64,000 nt of DNA from Halorutilales archaeon Cl-col2-1 (GTDB taxonomy: Archaea; Halobacteriota; Halobacteria; Halobacteriales; Afararchaeaceae): NCBI GenBank assembly GCA_041891055.1, contig CP169074.1, positions 736,001 to 800,000 on the forward strand. The letters are read 5' to 3'. Of the stretch, positions 19,105 through 29,611 are shown in pieces. The translations under genes were made by a program, and so were the position numbers. Within the stretch, counting starts at the first letter, position 1. Every line of letters starts with the position of its first letter. Below the pieces are notes generated by a model, which saw only the letters and a program-made list of their open reading frames with translations, did no database searches and was not told the DNA's origin.

Positions 19105-20109
19105 ATGAGAAGGGAGACGGCGCTCGGACTCGGGGTCGCGGGAGTTCTTGTTTTCGTCCTGGGCTTAGCGGTCGTAGTTCCGGGTGCCGTCGAGAAGCCC
19201 GACGACCAGGTCAGACGTAGCTTCATAACAGTCGAAGAGGTGAGTATAAAGCCCGTCTCAGTCACGGGTTCGAACGTCAGTCTGAGGATCGAGACACGTT
19301 TCGATCACTCCGGGGGCGTCTCCGAGAACACGACTGTCGCTGTCAGAGCCACGAGTACCGAGACGGGTCTCCTCGAAACTACACGGACGAAAGATGTCGG
19401 AGACGTGACCGACGAAAGAGAGGTAAGTGTGACACATAACGTCACCGTTGAGAGGTCGGGCGGTTACAGGGTAGACTCTGTCGTCTACACCGACGGTAGA
19501 CGTGTCTCGTCGGCGTCGAAGTCTGTCAGGAGGGTTGGGAGCCTGAAGCCCGAGTACGCACGTAGTCCACTCGGCTTCGAGAGCTTCGGTTCACAGCCGA
19601 GCATAGAGTACTCGGTAGACGAGGTAGACAGATCGACTGTGGCTCTCAACGTGACTGCGTACGTAACCAACACCGGAGGGAGACAGACTGAGGACACCTA
19701 CGTCGTTCTCAAGGCTCGCCAGTCGGAGTCTGGTATAGTAACCGACGAGAGACGCGTCGGTGTCGGCGAGATAGACGAGGGCGAGACACGTGAGGTGAAC
19801 ACACGCCTCGAAGTCCCTGACGGATACAACTACTACCTCGACGCTGTCCTGTGGAAGGACGACGTGGTCTTGGGTACCACGAGAAGCGGAGCGAGTCTCA
19901 ACCCTAGTAAGAGTATACCGACGAATGTGACCCAGGAGGAGGTGGGGATAAGAGTCGAGGACTTCGAGAGAGACGACGAGCCACAGTCCCGGAGCGACGA
20001 GTTGGAGTCGGAAGTTCCGGAGGACGGACAGGGACAGCCGGGTCTCGGAGTCGTCGCGGCTGTCTTGGCAGTCTCCGCCGTCGGAGTTAGAAGGTGGTAC
20101 TATGACTGA
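19105..20109 (+). CDS. Cell-surface protein with a PGF-CTERM-like sorting signal
   Basis: N-terminal hydrophobic anchor, two beta-rich repeats, C-terminal GQPGLG-hydrophobic-RR. Confidence 0.75.
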   Translation: MRRETALGLGVAGVLVFVLGLAVVVPGAVEKPDDQVRRSFITVEEVSIKPVSVTGSNVSLRIETRFDHSGGVSENTTVAVRATSTETGLLETTRTKDVGDVTDEREVSVTHNVTVERSGGYRVDSVVYTDGRRVSSASKSVRRVGSLKPEYARSPLGFESFGSQPSIEYSVDEVDRSTVALNVTAYVTNTGGRQTEDTYVVLKARQSESGIVTDERRVGVGEIDEGETREVNTRLEVPDGYNYYLDAVLWKDDVVLGTTRSGASLNPSKSIPTNVTQEEVGIRVEDFERDDEPQSRSDELESEVPEDGQGQPGLGVVAAVLAVSAVGVRRWYYD

Positions 20110-20422
20110 GACTGAAACTGAAACTGAGACTGAGACCCAGACCCGGACTGAGGCTGAGACCGAGAAAACAGACGACGGGACAGGTAACGAGACAGACACG
20201 GGAGACGGGAGAGACGCGAGGTACTACGTCGAGAGGGGAGTCCTCGGTATACTCCTCGTGATAGGCTTCGTCGCGTCTCTGAGGTTCTACCTGAGCGCGA
20301 CCGCTGCGATAGACTACTGGGTCACTGACGCCTACGTAGACGTCTTCCAGGCGGCGTTCAACCTGATAGTCCTACTCCTTGTCGGAATCGGGATCACGAG
20401 ACAGATAAGAAAGATCTCGTGA
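20102..20422 (+). CDS. Small two-TM membrane protein with an N-terminal TE repeat
   Basis: Overlaps the upstream stop; two hydrophobic helices. Confidence 0.7.
   Translation: MTETETETETETQTRTEAETEKTDDGTGNETDTGDGRDARYYVERGVLGILLVIGFVASLRFYLSATAAIDYWVTDAYVDVFQAAFNLIVLLLVGIGITRQIRKIS
20105..20164 (+). repeat. Imperfect hexamer tandem repeat (ACTGAR)n encoding TETETE
   Basis: actgagactgaaactgaaactgagactgagacccagacccggactgaggctgagaccgag. Confidence 0.85.
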
Positions 20423-20466
20423 TCCGAAAAGCTTGAAGGCGACCATGTTCATCTATCACATACAAC

Positions 20467-21330
20467 ATGGTCTCCCAGAAGGAGATAGAGACGTTAAGGC
20501 AGGAAGCTCAGACGATATTCACACGTATAGACGAGGTTAACGGCGCGCTCGAAGACGCGAGGAAGAAAGAGGGAGATCACTGGGACGACGGAAGCCTCGA
20601 TCTCAGTCTCAAAACGCCGTCGGGAGACGAGATAGAAGTAGAACTCGACCTCGATAAGGACGCCGCCGAAAACGCACAGGAGAGGTACGAGGAGGCGAAG
20701 GAGATGGAGGAAGTCTTAGAGGAAAAGAAAGAGGTAGAGGGCGAGCTCGCGGGCGCGCCGTCAGACCCCCTCGCGTACCTCATACTCTACCATCTCAAGA
20801 AGGTCAAGGGCGATTATCCGCGTTCTATGGCGATGAACCTCGACGCCGAGAGGAAAGACGTAGTTGACCTGTGTGATCAGCTAGAGAGCGCGGGTCTGAT
20901 AGAACGCATAGAGTCGGGGATGCTCAAGAGACGTAAGGTCAAGCTCAAACGGTCTCTCGAGACACACCAGCACCACACCTACTACCGTCTGTCGCGCGAG
21001 GGAGACCATCTACTACGTTTCTTGGAGGAAGACGACGGCAAGGAGAGCTTTCTACGTAAGGTCGACAACGCCCTCACGGTGGCTCGGCGTATATCGGAGG
21101 GTGGACCCGACTACCCACGTATGACCTCGGAGGATCTCGACCTCGACCTCGGCCACGTCCGGAAGCTCTACAAGGCGATGGTTCTCGCGGGAGTCGCCGA
21201 GACCTACGACGGAAGCATAATAAAAGGGAAGGAGAGGAAGCTCAAGCCCAAGGACGAGACCCACAGGAAACACACCTACTACGTCACGACGCGCGACGTA
21301 GACCTCATACTCAGAGACTGGGAAGACTGA
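20467..21330 (+). CDS. DUF2250 tandem winged-helix protein with an N-terminal coiled/NFACT-like segment
   Basis: Two repeats, DYPRSMA...HHTYYRL and DYPRMTS...KHTYYV; N-terminal LDLDKDAAENAQERYEEAK. Confidence 0.7.
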   Translation: MVSQKEIETLRQEAQTIFTRIDEVNGALEDARKKEGDHWDDGSLDLSLKTPSGDEIEVELDLDKDAAENAQERYEEAKEMEEVLEEKKEVEGELAGAPSDPLAYLILYHLKKVKGDYPRSMAMNLDAERKDVVDLCDQLESAGLIERIESGMLKRRKVKLKRSLETHQHHTYYRLSREGDHLLRFLEEDDGKESFLRKVDNALTVARRISEGGPDYPRMTSEDLDLDLGHVRKLYKAMVLAGVAETYDGSIIKGKERKLKPKDETHRKHTYYVTTRDVDLILRDWED

Positions 21331-21370
21331 GACGGGATACTGTCTTATGCCGTGAAGACCCATATAGGAT

Positions 21371-21817
21371 ATGCTCGAAGTCGGAGACACAGCCCCCGAG
21401 TTGAGTGCAGAGACGACACAGGGGAGATTCGACCTGTCGGAAGCGGACGAGGAGGGTGCCGTAGTACTGTTCTTCTTCCCGAAGGCGGGAAGCCGAGTAT
21501 GTACGAAGGAGGCTTGTTCGTTCCGTGACTCGACAGCCGAGTTCAACGATGTCGATGCGACCGTCGTAGGGGTCTCGTCGAACGACTCACTCGAACGTCT
21601 CGAAGAGTTCGCGGAGAAAAACAGTCTCGACTTCCCTCTCGTGAGCGACACCGACGGAGAGATATCCAAGAAGTACGGCGCGAAGGGTGTACTCGGACTT
21701 TACTCGAAACGTGTGACCTACGTGATCGAGGACGGCGAGGTCGTCGGACGCGTCAAGGGAATGCTGAGTGCCGACAGACATGTCGAGGGTTCTATTGAAG
21801 CTCTGCGCCAGATCTGA
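21371..21817 (+). CDS. Peroxiredoxin (BCP/PrxQ)
   Basis: FFPKAGSRVCTKEACSFRD, FPLVSD, KRVTYVI. Confidence 0.9.
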   Translation: MLEVGDTAPELSAETTQGRFDLSEADEEGAVVLFFFPKAGSRVCTKEACSFRDSTAEFNDVDATVVGVSSNDSLERLEEFAEKNSLDFPLVSDTDGEISKKYGAKGVLGLYSKRVTYVIEDGEVVGRVKGMLSADRHVEGSIEALRQI

Positions 21818-21872
21818 CCTGCTGAACGACGGCGTTATTAGGCAAGCGACAGAAGACACACACGGTACATAG

Positions 21873-24800
21873 ATGTCGGACGAGATGGATCGACCGAGTC
21901 AGAGCCAGAGCCAGAACCAGAGACGTGACGACTACCTACAAGAGCTCGAAGACCGTCTCTGGAACGCGATGGAGATAGCGAACGAGGCACGTTCGAGAGG
22001 CGGAGACCCGAGTCCGGAGGTCGAGATACCCGTCGCGAAGGATCTCGCCGAGAGGGTCGAGAACCTCATAGGAATCGAAGGTATCTCCGAGAGGATACGT
22101 GAGTTAGAGGACGAGATGAGCCGTGAGAACGTCGCTCTCAAGCTCGCCGAGGAGTTCGCAGTCGGTGAGATAGGAGACTCTGACTCGAAGGCAGGGAAGG
22201 CGGAGGACGCCATAAGAACCGCCGTAGCACTCCTCACCGAGGGAGTAGTCGCCGCGCCCCTCGAAGGCATCGACGCCGTAGAGGTCAGACAGAACGACGA
22301 CGGCACCGAGTACCTCTCGGTCGAGTACGCGGGTCCGATACGGAGCGCGGGGGGTACGGCACAGGCTCTGAGCGTCTTAGTCGCTGACTACGTCCGTACA
22401 GAGGTCGGGATAGACGAGTACAAGCCGAGGGACGACGAGGTCGAGAGATACGTCGAGGAAATCGACCTCTACGCCTCGGAGACGGGTCTCCAGTACACTC
22501 CGAAGGACAAGGAGGTACGTAAGATAGTCGAGAACTGTCCAATCTTCTTAGACGGTGAGCCCACGAGCGAGCGCGAGGTCTCGGGTTACAGGGATCTCGA
22601 ACGGATAGAGACCAACAGGGCGCGCGGAGGCATGTGTCTCGTCGCCGCCGAGGGAATCGCCCTCAAGGCTCCGAAGATAAAGAAACACGTCACTAGCCTA
22701 GGACTCGACGGCTGGGGCTGGCTCGACTTCTTCATACACGACTCGTCCGACGACGACGCGGAGTCAGAGGAAGGCGAAGACGAAACAGAGGAAGACGGGG
22801 ACGACACCGACGGTAGTCAGCGTCCCCGTGTCGACCCCAACGACAAGTTCCTACAGGATCTCATAGCCGGAAGACCCGTCTTCTCACATCCCTCGGCGAA
22901 GGGCGGCTTCCGTCTACGTTACGCGAGGGCACGGAACACGGGATACGCCGCCTCGGGGATCAGTCCCGCGACGATGGTTCTCGTCGACAACTTCCTCGCG
23001 CCCGGGACACAGCTGAAGACCGAGAGACCGGGTAAGGCGGCGGGGGTCGCTCCAGTCGACTCGTTGGAAGGACCTACGGTGAGGCTCCACAACGGCGAGG
23101 TGAGACGTATAGACGACGCCGACGAGGCGAAGAGGATCAGAAACGGAGTCGAGAAGATCATCGACATGGGCGAGATCGGGGTCAACTACGGCGACTTCCT
23201 CGAAAACAATCACCCTCTTGCTCCGGCGTCTTACGTCTACGACTGGTGGATACAGGATCTCGGAGAGACCGAGGCTGACGTCGAAGAGCTATCGGAGGCG
23301 TTCGACCTCGAAGAGATTGCCCCGAGACAGGCTCTCAGGCTGAGCGACAAGTACGGGGTTCCTCTCCATCCCAACTTTACGTATCTTTGGCACGACATAA
23401 GCCTCGACGAGTACTCACGTCTTCTCGATGCTGTGATGGAGAAGAAAGAAGGCAAGCTTCTCCTCGACGGCGACGTCTCCGATCTACTCGAAAAGCTCCT
23501 CGTCCCACATATACAGAACGACGACACCGTACGGGTCGGAGACGGAGACTCCGTGGTACTCGAAAGGTACCTCGACGCCGACTCTCCGCCGGACGACGCC
23601 GAGACTGTCTTAGACGCCGTAGAGGAGGTCTCGGGAATAGAGACGAGAGAGCGCGCGCCGACGAGGGTGGGCGCACGTATGGGACGTCCCGAGAAGTCGA
23701 AGAGACGTGACATGAACCCTCGTGTCCACTGTCTCTTCCCGATAGGCGAAGCGGGAGGCTCACAGAGGGACATAGACGAGGCGACTTCGTACTCTGAAAC
23801 TATGCGTGAGAGCACGGGACGTATAGACGTCGAGGTCGGCGTGAGACGGTGTCCCGACTGCGGAGAGACGACCTACGAGACTGTCTGTGACTGCGGCGAG
23901 AGGACAGAGCCCGTCGAGAAATGCCCGAGATGTGGTGTCGAGGTCGACGACAGAGACGAATGTCCGAGATGTGGCGGCGAGACTTCGTCGGTCGAGGAGA
24001 CGACTATCGACATAAAGTCGGAGTACAGGGAAGCACTCGACGAACTCGGCGAACGCGACAGCTACGACATACTCAAATGTGTCAAAGGTCTCTCGTCGGA
24101 GGACAAGACACCCGAGCCCCTCGAAAAGGGTGTGCTGAGGGCGAAACACGACGTCTCGGCTTTCAAGGACGGAACCTCGCGGTACGACCTCACCGACCTG
24201 CCTCTAACGGCGTTCAAACCCGCTGAGTTAGACGTCTCAGTAGAGAAGGTGCGCGAACTCGGATACGAGACCGACATAGACGGCGAGCCTCTCAGAGACC
24301 CCGAACAGGTCGTCGAACTCAAGCCACAGGACGTGGTTCTGAGCGACGACGCCGCCGAGTACATGGTATCAGTCGCCGACTACGTTGACGATCTCCTCGA
24401 AGAGTACTACGGTACCGAGCCCTACTACGGGATAGACGACAGGGACGACCTCGTCGGAGAGCTCGTGATGGGACTCGCGCCACACACGAGCGCGGGAGTC
24501 CTCGGAAGGGTCGTCGGATTCACGTCGGCTTCTGTGGGATACGCACATCCATTCTTCCACGCAGCTAAGAGACGGAACTGCTTCCATCCTGAGACTAAAG
24601 TATGGGTGAAAGACGAGGATGGCTGGAGATACGAACGTATAGAGGAGTTGGTCGAGGGGAATCTCGAAGACCCGAGACGTGACGACTTCGGTAATCTGAT
24701 ACAGGAAATAGAAGACGACAGAGACCTCTATGTTCCCTCAGTCGACTCTGACGGCGAGACAGTCGTTAAGAGGATAGACGCACTTTCGAAACATCCTTCA

Positions 24801-26852
24801 CCCGAACATTTAATCGAGATAGAGACACGCAGCGGACGAAGCCTGTCCTTGACACCTGACCACGAGTTACAGGCCTATGACAGGTCTTCGGGAGAGATCC
24901 ATACTAAAAAGGCAGTTGAGATGTCCGAGGACGACCACCTCATAACACCACGTGACCTCCCGGTCGACTCTGACTCCACAGACCTCCGCTTCGACCTGCT
25001 TGAGGAGTTCCTACGAATCCCGGAAATCGAAAACGACCGTCTGATGGTTAAGGGCTGGGAGAAAGACGAGATATACGAGCTTTTCGAGGAGAGTCTCGAA
25101 ACTGAGTGGGTCGGGGAGTTCTACCCATTAAAAAGCACGGCGGAGTATCTCGGCATGACTAAGAAGTCTCTCAGCAACTACATCTACCGTGGGAGTCTTC
25201 CGGCGAGTATACTACTCGAACTACTTGGGTCAGCCGAGAACGTCGTCAGCTCAACACCTGACGACCTAAAGCTCGGAATTAAACGCGACTCGGTGGAGAT
25301 AGACCGGTTCATCGATGTCAACGAGAACGTCGCAACCCTTCTCGGCTACTACGCCGCTGAGGGATTTGTACGCGAACAGGAGACTTCGAAGGGAAGTATA
25401 CACCAGACAACCTTCTGTGGAGCCGAGGAAGATGTTCGTGACTTCTACCTCCGTACACTCGAGGAAGAGTTCGGCGTGAGTCCATACGTCGAAAATGAGT
25501 TCAAGATTACTGTTTCAGGACGTTTACTACGAGTCTTGTTAGATTCAGTTCTACAAGCCGGAGTCTATTCACACACGAAACGTGTTCCCGACTTTGTCTT
25601 CGATGCTCCCCCGAGTATAGCCGCGGCATACCTCAAGGGATACTTCAGCGGTGACGGACACGTCTCCTCCGACGTGCTTGAGGTACACGCGACGACCGTA
25701 AGCGACGAGCTGAAAGAGGATCTCCTCGCAGTACTCACACGTCTGGGTATAAAAGCGAAGGTGAGAGAGAAAGAGCCAGTTCGCCTCCACGAGAAGTTCC
25801 CTGACTACTACGACGCCGGCACCGAGAAGACTTCTCTTCCGACTTACAGGCTGTCTATTTCCTCGAAAGACGCAGCCACGTTCGGTCAGAAAGTCGGATT
25901 CCATCTCCCGAGGAAACAGTCAGTGCTCTCCCAACATCTCAGTCAGAAAACAACTGCTAAGAGAATAGTCTTCGACGGTAGCTCAGACGAAGAGGAGATA
26001 CTCATCGAGTCGGTGGAAGAAGTTGAGTACACCAAGAGTGACACCGACTTCGTGTACTGTCTTACGGTAAATGACACACATTCGTTAGTAGCCAACGACT
26101 TAGGTGCTAAGCAGTGCGACGGTGATGAAGACTGTGTGATGCTTCTGATGGACGGTCTTCTCAACTTCTCGAAGTCGTATCTCCCCGACAAGAGAGGCGG
26201 ACAGATGGACGCGCCTCTCGTGATGACGACACGTATCGACCCCGAGGAGATAGACGACGAGTCCCACAACGTCGACACCGTAGACCGTTACCCCCTCGAC
26301 TTCTACGAGGCTACTCGTGAGATCGCCGACTCGAAGTCCGTAGACGTACCGATAGCTGAGGACGGTCTCAACGATCCCGACCTGAGATTCGACCACACAG
26401 TCGAGACCTCCGAGATAGCCGGAGGACCCGACAACTCGTCATACAAGACACTCGGGTCGATGCTCGACAAGACAGAGAACCAGCTGGAGCTCGCACGGAA
26501 GATACGCGCGGTGAAGGAGGACGACGTCGCCGAGAGGATAATTGAGTCACATTTCCTCCCCGATCTGATAGGCAACCTGCGTGCCTTCGGTCAGCAGGAG
26601 GTTCGGTGTACCAACTGTAACTCGAAGTACAGACGTCCGCCTCTCTCGGGTAGATGTGAATGTGGAAGCGAACTCACTCTCACGGTTCACGAGGGGAGCG
26701 TGAGGAAGTACCTCGACGTCTCGCTACGTGTCGGAGAGGAGTACGGTGCGTCGAACTACACCCTCCAGCGTCTCGAACAGCTTGAGAGGTCGATAGACAG
26801 CATATTCGAGGACGACAAGTCGAGACAGTCGGGAATAGCCGACTTCATGTGA
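21873..26852 (+). CDS. polC: DNA polymerase D large subunit (DP2) containing an intein
   Basis: YAGPIRSAGGTAQ, RMGRPEK, FKDGT, HAAKRRN | CDGDED, C-terminal zinc finger. Confidence 0.97.
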   Translation: MSDEMDRPSQSQSQNQRRDDYLQELEDRLWNAMEIANEARSRGGDPSPEVEIPVAKDLAERVENLIGIEGISERIRELEDEMSRENVALKLAEEFAVGEIGDSDSKAGKAEDAIRTAVALLTEGVVAAPLEGIDAVEVRQNDDGTEYLSVEYAGPIRSAGGTAQALSVLVADYVRTEVGIDEYKPRDDEVERYVEEIDLYASETGLQYTPKDKEVRKIVENCPIFLDGEPTSEREVSGYRDLERIETNRARGGMCLVAAEGIALKAPKIKKHVTSLGLDGWGWLDFFIHDSSDDDAESEEGEDETEEDGDDTDGSQRPRVDPNDKFLQDLIAGRPVFSHPSAKGGFRLRYARARNTGYAASGISPATMVLVDNFLAPGTQLKTERPGKAAGVAPVDSLEGPTVRLHNGEVRRIDDADEAKRIRNGVEKIIDMGEIGVNYGDFLENNHPLAPASYVYDWWIQDLGETEADVEELSEAFDLEEIAPRQALRLSDKYGVPLHPNFTYLWHDISLDEYSRLLDAVMEKKEGKLLLDGDVSDLLEKLLVPHIQNDDTVRVGDGDSVVLERYLDADSPPDDAETVLDAVEEVSGIETRERAPTRVGARMGRPEKSKRRDMNPRVHCLFPIGEAGGSQRDIDEATSYSETMRESTGRIDVEVGVRRCPDCGETTYETVCDCGERTEPVEKCPRCGVEVDDRDECPRCGGETSSVEETTIDIKSEYREALDELGERDSYDILKCVKGLSSEDKTPEPLEKGVLRAKHDVSAFKDGTSRYDLTDLPLTAFKPAELDVSVEKVRELGYETDIDGEPLRDPEQVVELKPQDVVLSDDAAEYMVSVADYVDDLLEEYYGTEPYYGIDDRDDLVGELVMGLAPHTSAGVLGRVVGFTSASVGYAHPFFHAAKRRNCFHPETKVWVKDEDGWRYERIEELVEGNLEDPRRDDFGNLIQEIEDDRDLYVPSVDSDGETVVKRIDALSKHPSPEHLIEIETRSGRSLSLTPDHELQAYDRSSGEIHTKKAVEMSEDDHLITPRDLPVDSDSTDLRFDLLEEFLRIPEIENDRLMVKGWEKDEIYELFEESLETEWVGEFYPLKSTAEYLGMTKKSLSNYIYRGSLPASILLELLGSAENVVSSTPDDLKLGIKRDSVEIDRFIDVNENVATLLGYYAAEGFVREQETSKGSIHQTTFCGAEEDVRDFYLRTLEEEFGVSPYVENEFKITVSGRLLRVLLDSVLQAGVYSHTKRVPDFVFDAPPSIAAAYLKGYFSGDGHVSSDVLEVHATTVSDELKEDLLAVLTRLGIKAKVREKEPVRLHEKFPDYYDAGTEKTSLPTYRLSISSKDAATFGQKVGFHLPRKQSVLSQHLSQKTTAKRIVFDGSSDEEEILIESVEEVEYTKSDTDFVYCLTVNDTHSLVANDLGAKQCDGDEDCVMLLMDGLLNFSKSYLPDKRGGQMDAPLVMTTRIDPEEIDDESHNVDTVDRYPLDFYEATREIADSKSVDVPIAEDGLNDPDLRFDHTVETSEIAGGPDNSSYKTLGSMLDKTENQLELARKIRAVKEDDVAERIIESHFLPDLIGNLRAFGQQEVRCTNCNSKYRRPPLSGRCECGSELTLTVHEGSVRKYLDVSLRVGEEYGASNYTLQRLEQLERSIDSIFEDDKSRQSGIADFM
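24579..26114 (+). mobile_element. PolD intein with LAGLIDADG endonuclease, 512 aa, C-terminal Gln
   Basis: Starts CFHPETKV; block B LTPDH; LLGYYAAEG and YLKGYFSGDG; VYCLTV; ends GAKQ before Cys+1. Confidence 0.93.
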
Positions 26853-26934
26853 CGTGACTTCGACTGTGACTATCTAACCCCGAGTGCCGCCGAGGACTCG
26901 GAACTGTTTAAACCCTAGCATACAATCTTCGAAC

Positions 26935-29553
26935 ATGGAAGTTCCGAAGTCGTACGACTCCTCCGAGGTCGAGGAGAGATGGCGCGACGAATGGGATGAC
27001 TCTCTCTACGCGCACGATCCCGACAGCGACGCTCCCGACTACAGGATAGACACACCTCCGCCGTATCCGACGGGCAACCTCCACATAGGAAACGCCCTAG
27101 GCTGGTGTTACATGGACTTCGTGGCGCGGTACAAGAGACTCCAGGGCTACAACGTCCTCTTCCCACAGGGATGGGACTGCCACGGACTCCCGACTGAGGT
27201 CAAGGTCGAGGAGGAACAGAGCGTCCACAGATCGGAGGTTCCGAGGGACGAGTTCCGCCAGATGTGTATCGACCACACCTACGGACAGATCGACGAGATG
27301 CGTGACACGATGGACGTACTCGGCTTCTCACAGGACTGGTCACACGAGTACATCACGATGGAGCCCGAGTACTGGGGGAAGACACAGAGGTCTTTCCTCG
27401 AAATGGCAGACGACGGCTACGCTTACCAGGGAAAGCATCCCGTCAACTGGTGTCCGAGATGTGAGACCGCAATAGCCGACGCCGAGGTCGAGAGAGAAGA
27501 GGAAGAGGGCGTCCTCGTCTATCTCGAGTTCCCCGTCGTAGGAGACGACGACGTGATCGAGATCGCGACGACACGTCCCGAGCTTTTGCCTGCGTGTGGT
27601 GCTGTCGCTGTCGACCCCGACGACGAACGTTTCGAGGAGTACGTCGGAGAGGAGGTCGAGGTTCCTATATTCGGACACACCGCCGAGGTCATACAGGACG
27701 AGGAGGTCGACCCCGAGTTCGGTACGGGAGCCGTCATGATCTGTACATTCGGTGACAAACAGGACGTCGAGTGGTGGCAGGAGTACGACATAGATCTCAG
27801 AGAGGCGTTCACTAAGACGGGAGAGCTCACAGAGATAGCGGGAGAGTACGAGGGGATGGAGATAGACGAGGCGAAGGAAGCGATCATAGAAGACCTCGAG
27901 GACGAGGGATACCTCTACGACAAGGAGCCTCTCGAACAGAACGTCGGAAAGTGCTGGAGATGTGACACTCCGATAGAGATACTCTCGAAGGAACAGTGGT
28001 TCATAGAGGTCAGACAGGACGAGATACTCGAAAAGGCGGAGGAGGTCGACTGGATACCCGACCACATGCACAGCCGCCTTGTCGACTGGACCGAGGGAAT
28101 GGAGTGGGACTGGGTCATATCGCGCCAGCGCGTATTCGCTACGCCGTTCCCCGTCTGGTACTGTGACGACTGTGGCAGTGTCAAGTTCGCCTCGGTCGAT
28201 GAGGTTCCGGTCGATCCCACTGAGGAAGACCCCGAGACGCCTTGTGAGGACTGCGGTGGAACCTCGTTCACCCCCGAGGAAGACGTCATGGACACGTGGA
28301 TGGACTCCTCGATCAGCGCGATGCACGTCGCTGGCTGGCCCGAAGAGGGATTCGAGCCCACACAGCTCAGGGAACAGGGTCACGACATAATACGGACGTG
28401 GGCGTTCTACACGATTCTCCGTACTGCCGCACTCGAAGACGAGATACCGTGGGAGGAGGCTCTCATAAACGGAATGGTCTTCGGAGACGACGGACACAAG
28501 ATGTCGAAGTCACGCGGCAACTTCGTCCAGCCTGAGGAGGCTGTCGACGAGTACTCCGCCGACGCATTCAGACAGTCTCTCGCATCGGGTGGACGTCCCG
28601 GAAGCGACATACAGTTCCGGTGGAAGGAGGTCAAACGCGCCTCGAAGTTCATGACTAAGCTCTGGAACATCTACCGTTTCTCGGCGTCGCATATCACGAA
28701 GGACGTCTACGACTACGAAGACGAGGCTCCCGATCTGCGCCTCGCCGACAGATGGATACTCTCGAAGCTCTCCGAGACAGCCGACGAGGTCGAGGAAGCG
28801 ATGGACGAACACCGTTTCGACCTCGCACTCAAGGAGCTAAGGGAGTTCGTCTGGGACGACGTCGCCGACGACTACGTCGAGATGGTCAAGGGGCGTCTCT
28901 ACGAGGAGGACGGCGACGGCTACGAGGCTGTGAGATGGACTCTACGTACGCTCATAGAGTCAGTCGTCGTGATGTTCTCGCCCGTAGCACCCTTCTTCTC
29001 AGAGGAGGTCTACTCGGGTCTCAGAGACGAGAGCGTCAACAACGCCGACTGGCCCCGGGTCGAGGTCTACGACGCCGACGCCCTCGACGCCGGAGAGCTC
29101 CAGGCTGAGATCGCTTCGTCTGTGAGGAGATGGAAGAGCGAGGAGGGGATCGCCCTCAACGCAGAGCTCGACAGGGTCGAGGTCTATGCAGAGTCGGAGT
29201 CTGTCGGCGAGAGACTCGACGTCGATGACCTCTCGGACACCCTGTCGTCGGACGTGAACGTCGAGACCGGAGAGCCCGACCTCGAAGAGGTGCCCGTCGG
29301 TGTCGACCCCGACATGAGCGTGATAGGACCCGAGTACAGGGACACCGCGGGAGAGATAGTCTCGGCTCTCGAGTCGTCCGATCCTTCGGAGGTCAGAGAA
29401 GAGAAGGAGACCGGAGCCGTCGAGGTCGAGGTCGGCGACGGGGTTATAGAGCTCGACTCCGACGCCGTCGGTATAGAAAACGAGCTACGTAGCGGCGGAA
29501 GAGAGGTCGAGGTCATAGAGACTGACGGCGCGACGGTCTTAGTCTTCGAGTAA
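26935..29553 (+). CDS. valS: Valine--tRNA ligase
   Basis: DTPPPYPTGNLHIGN, WVISRQR, KMSKS; start refined to ATG 26935. Confidence 0.97.
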   Translation: MEVPKSYDSSEVEERWRDEWDDSLYAHDPDSDAPDYRIDTPPPYPTGNLHIGNALGWCYMDFVARYKRLQGYNVLFPQGWDCHGLPTEVKVEEEQSVHRSEVPRDEFRQMCIDHTYGQIDEMRDTMDVLGFSQDWSHEYITMEPEYWGKTQRSFLEMADDGYAYQGKHPVNWCPRCETAIADAEVEREEEEGVLVYLEFPVVGDDDVIEIATTRPELLPACGAVAVDPDDERFEEYVGEEVEVPIFGHTAEVIQDEEVDPEFGTGAVMICTFGDKQDVEWWQEYDIDLREAFTKTGELTEIAGEYEGMEIDEAKEAIIEDLEDEGYLYDKEPLEQNVGKCWRCDTPIEILSKEQWFIEVRQDEILEKAEEVDWIPDHMHSRLVDWTEGMEWDWVISRQRVFATPFPVWYCDDCGSVKFASVDEVPVDPTEEDPETPCEDCGGTSFTPEEDVMDTWMDSSISAMHVAGWPEEGFEPTQLREQGHDIIRTWAFYTILRTAALEDEIPWEEALINGMVFGDDGHKMSKSRGNFVQPEEAVDEYSADAFRQSLASGGRPGSDIQFRWKEVKRASKFMTKLWNIYRFSASHITKDVYDYEDEAPDLRLADRWILSKLSETADEVEEAMDEHRFDLALKELREFVWDDVADDYVEMVKGRLYEEDGDGYEAVRWTLRTLIESVVVMFSPVAPFFSEEVYSGLRDESVNNADWPRVEVYDADALDAGELQAEIASSVRRWKSEEGIALNAELDRVEVYAESESVGERLDVDDLSDTLSSDVNVETGEPDLEEVPVGVDPDMSVIGPEYRDTAGEIVSALESSDPSEVREEKETGAVEVEVGDGVIELDSDAVGIENELRSGGREVEVIETDGATVLVFE

Positions 29554-29611
29554 GGCGGCGACGCGACAGTATAAGCAACACCTTTCAAAGGATCGAGTTC
29601 GTACTCCTTCT

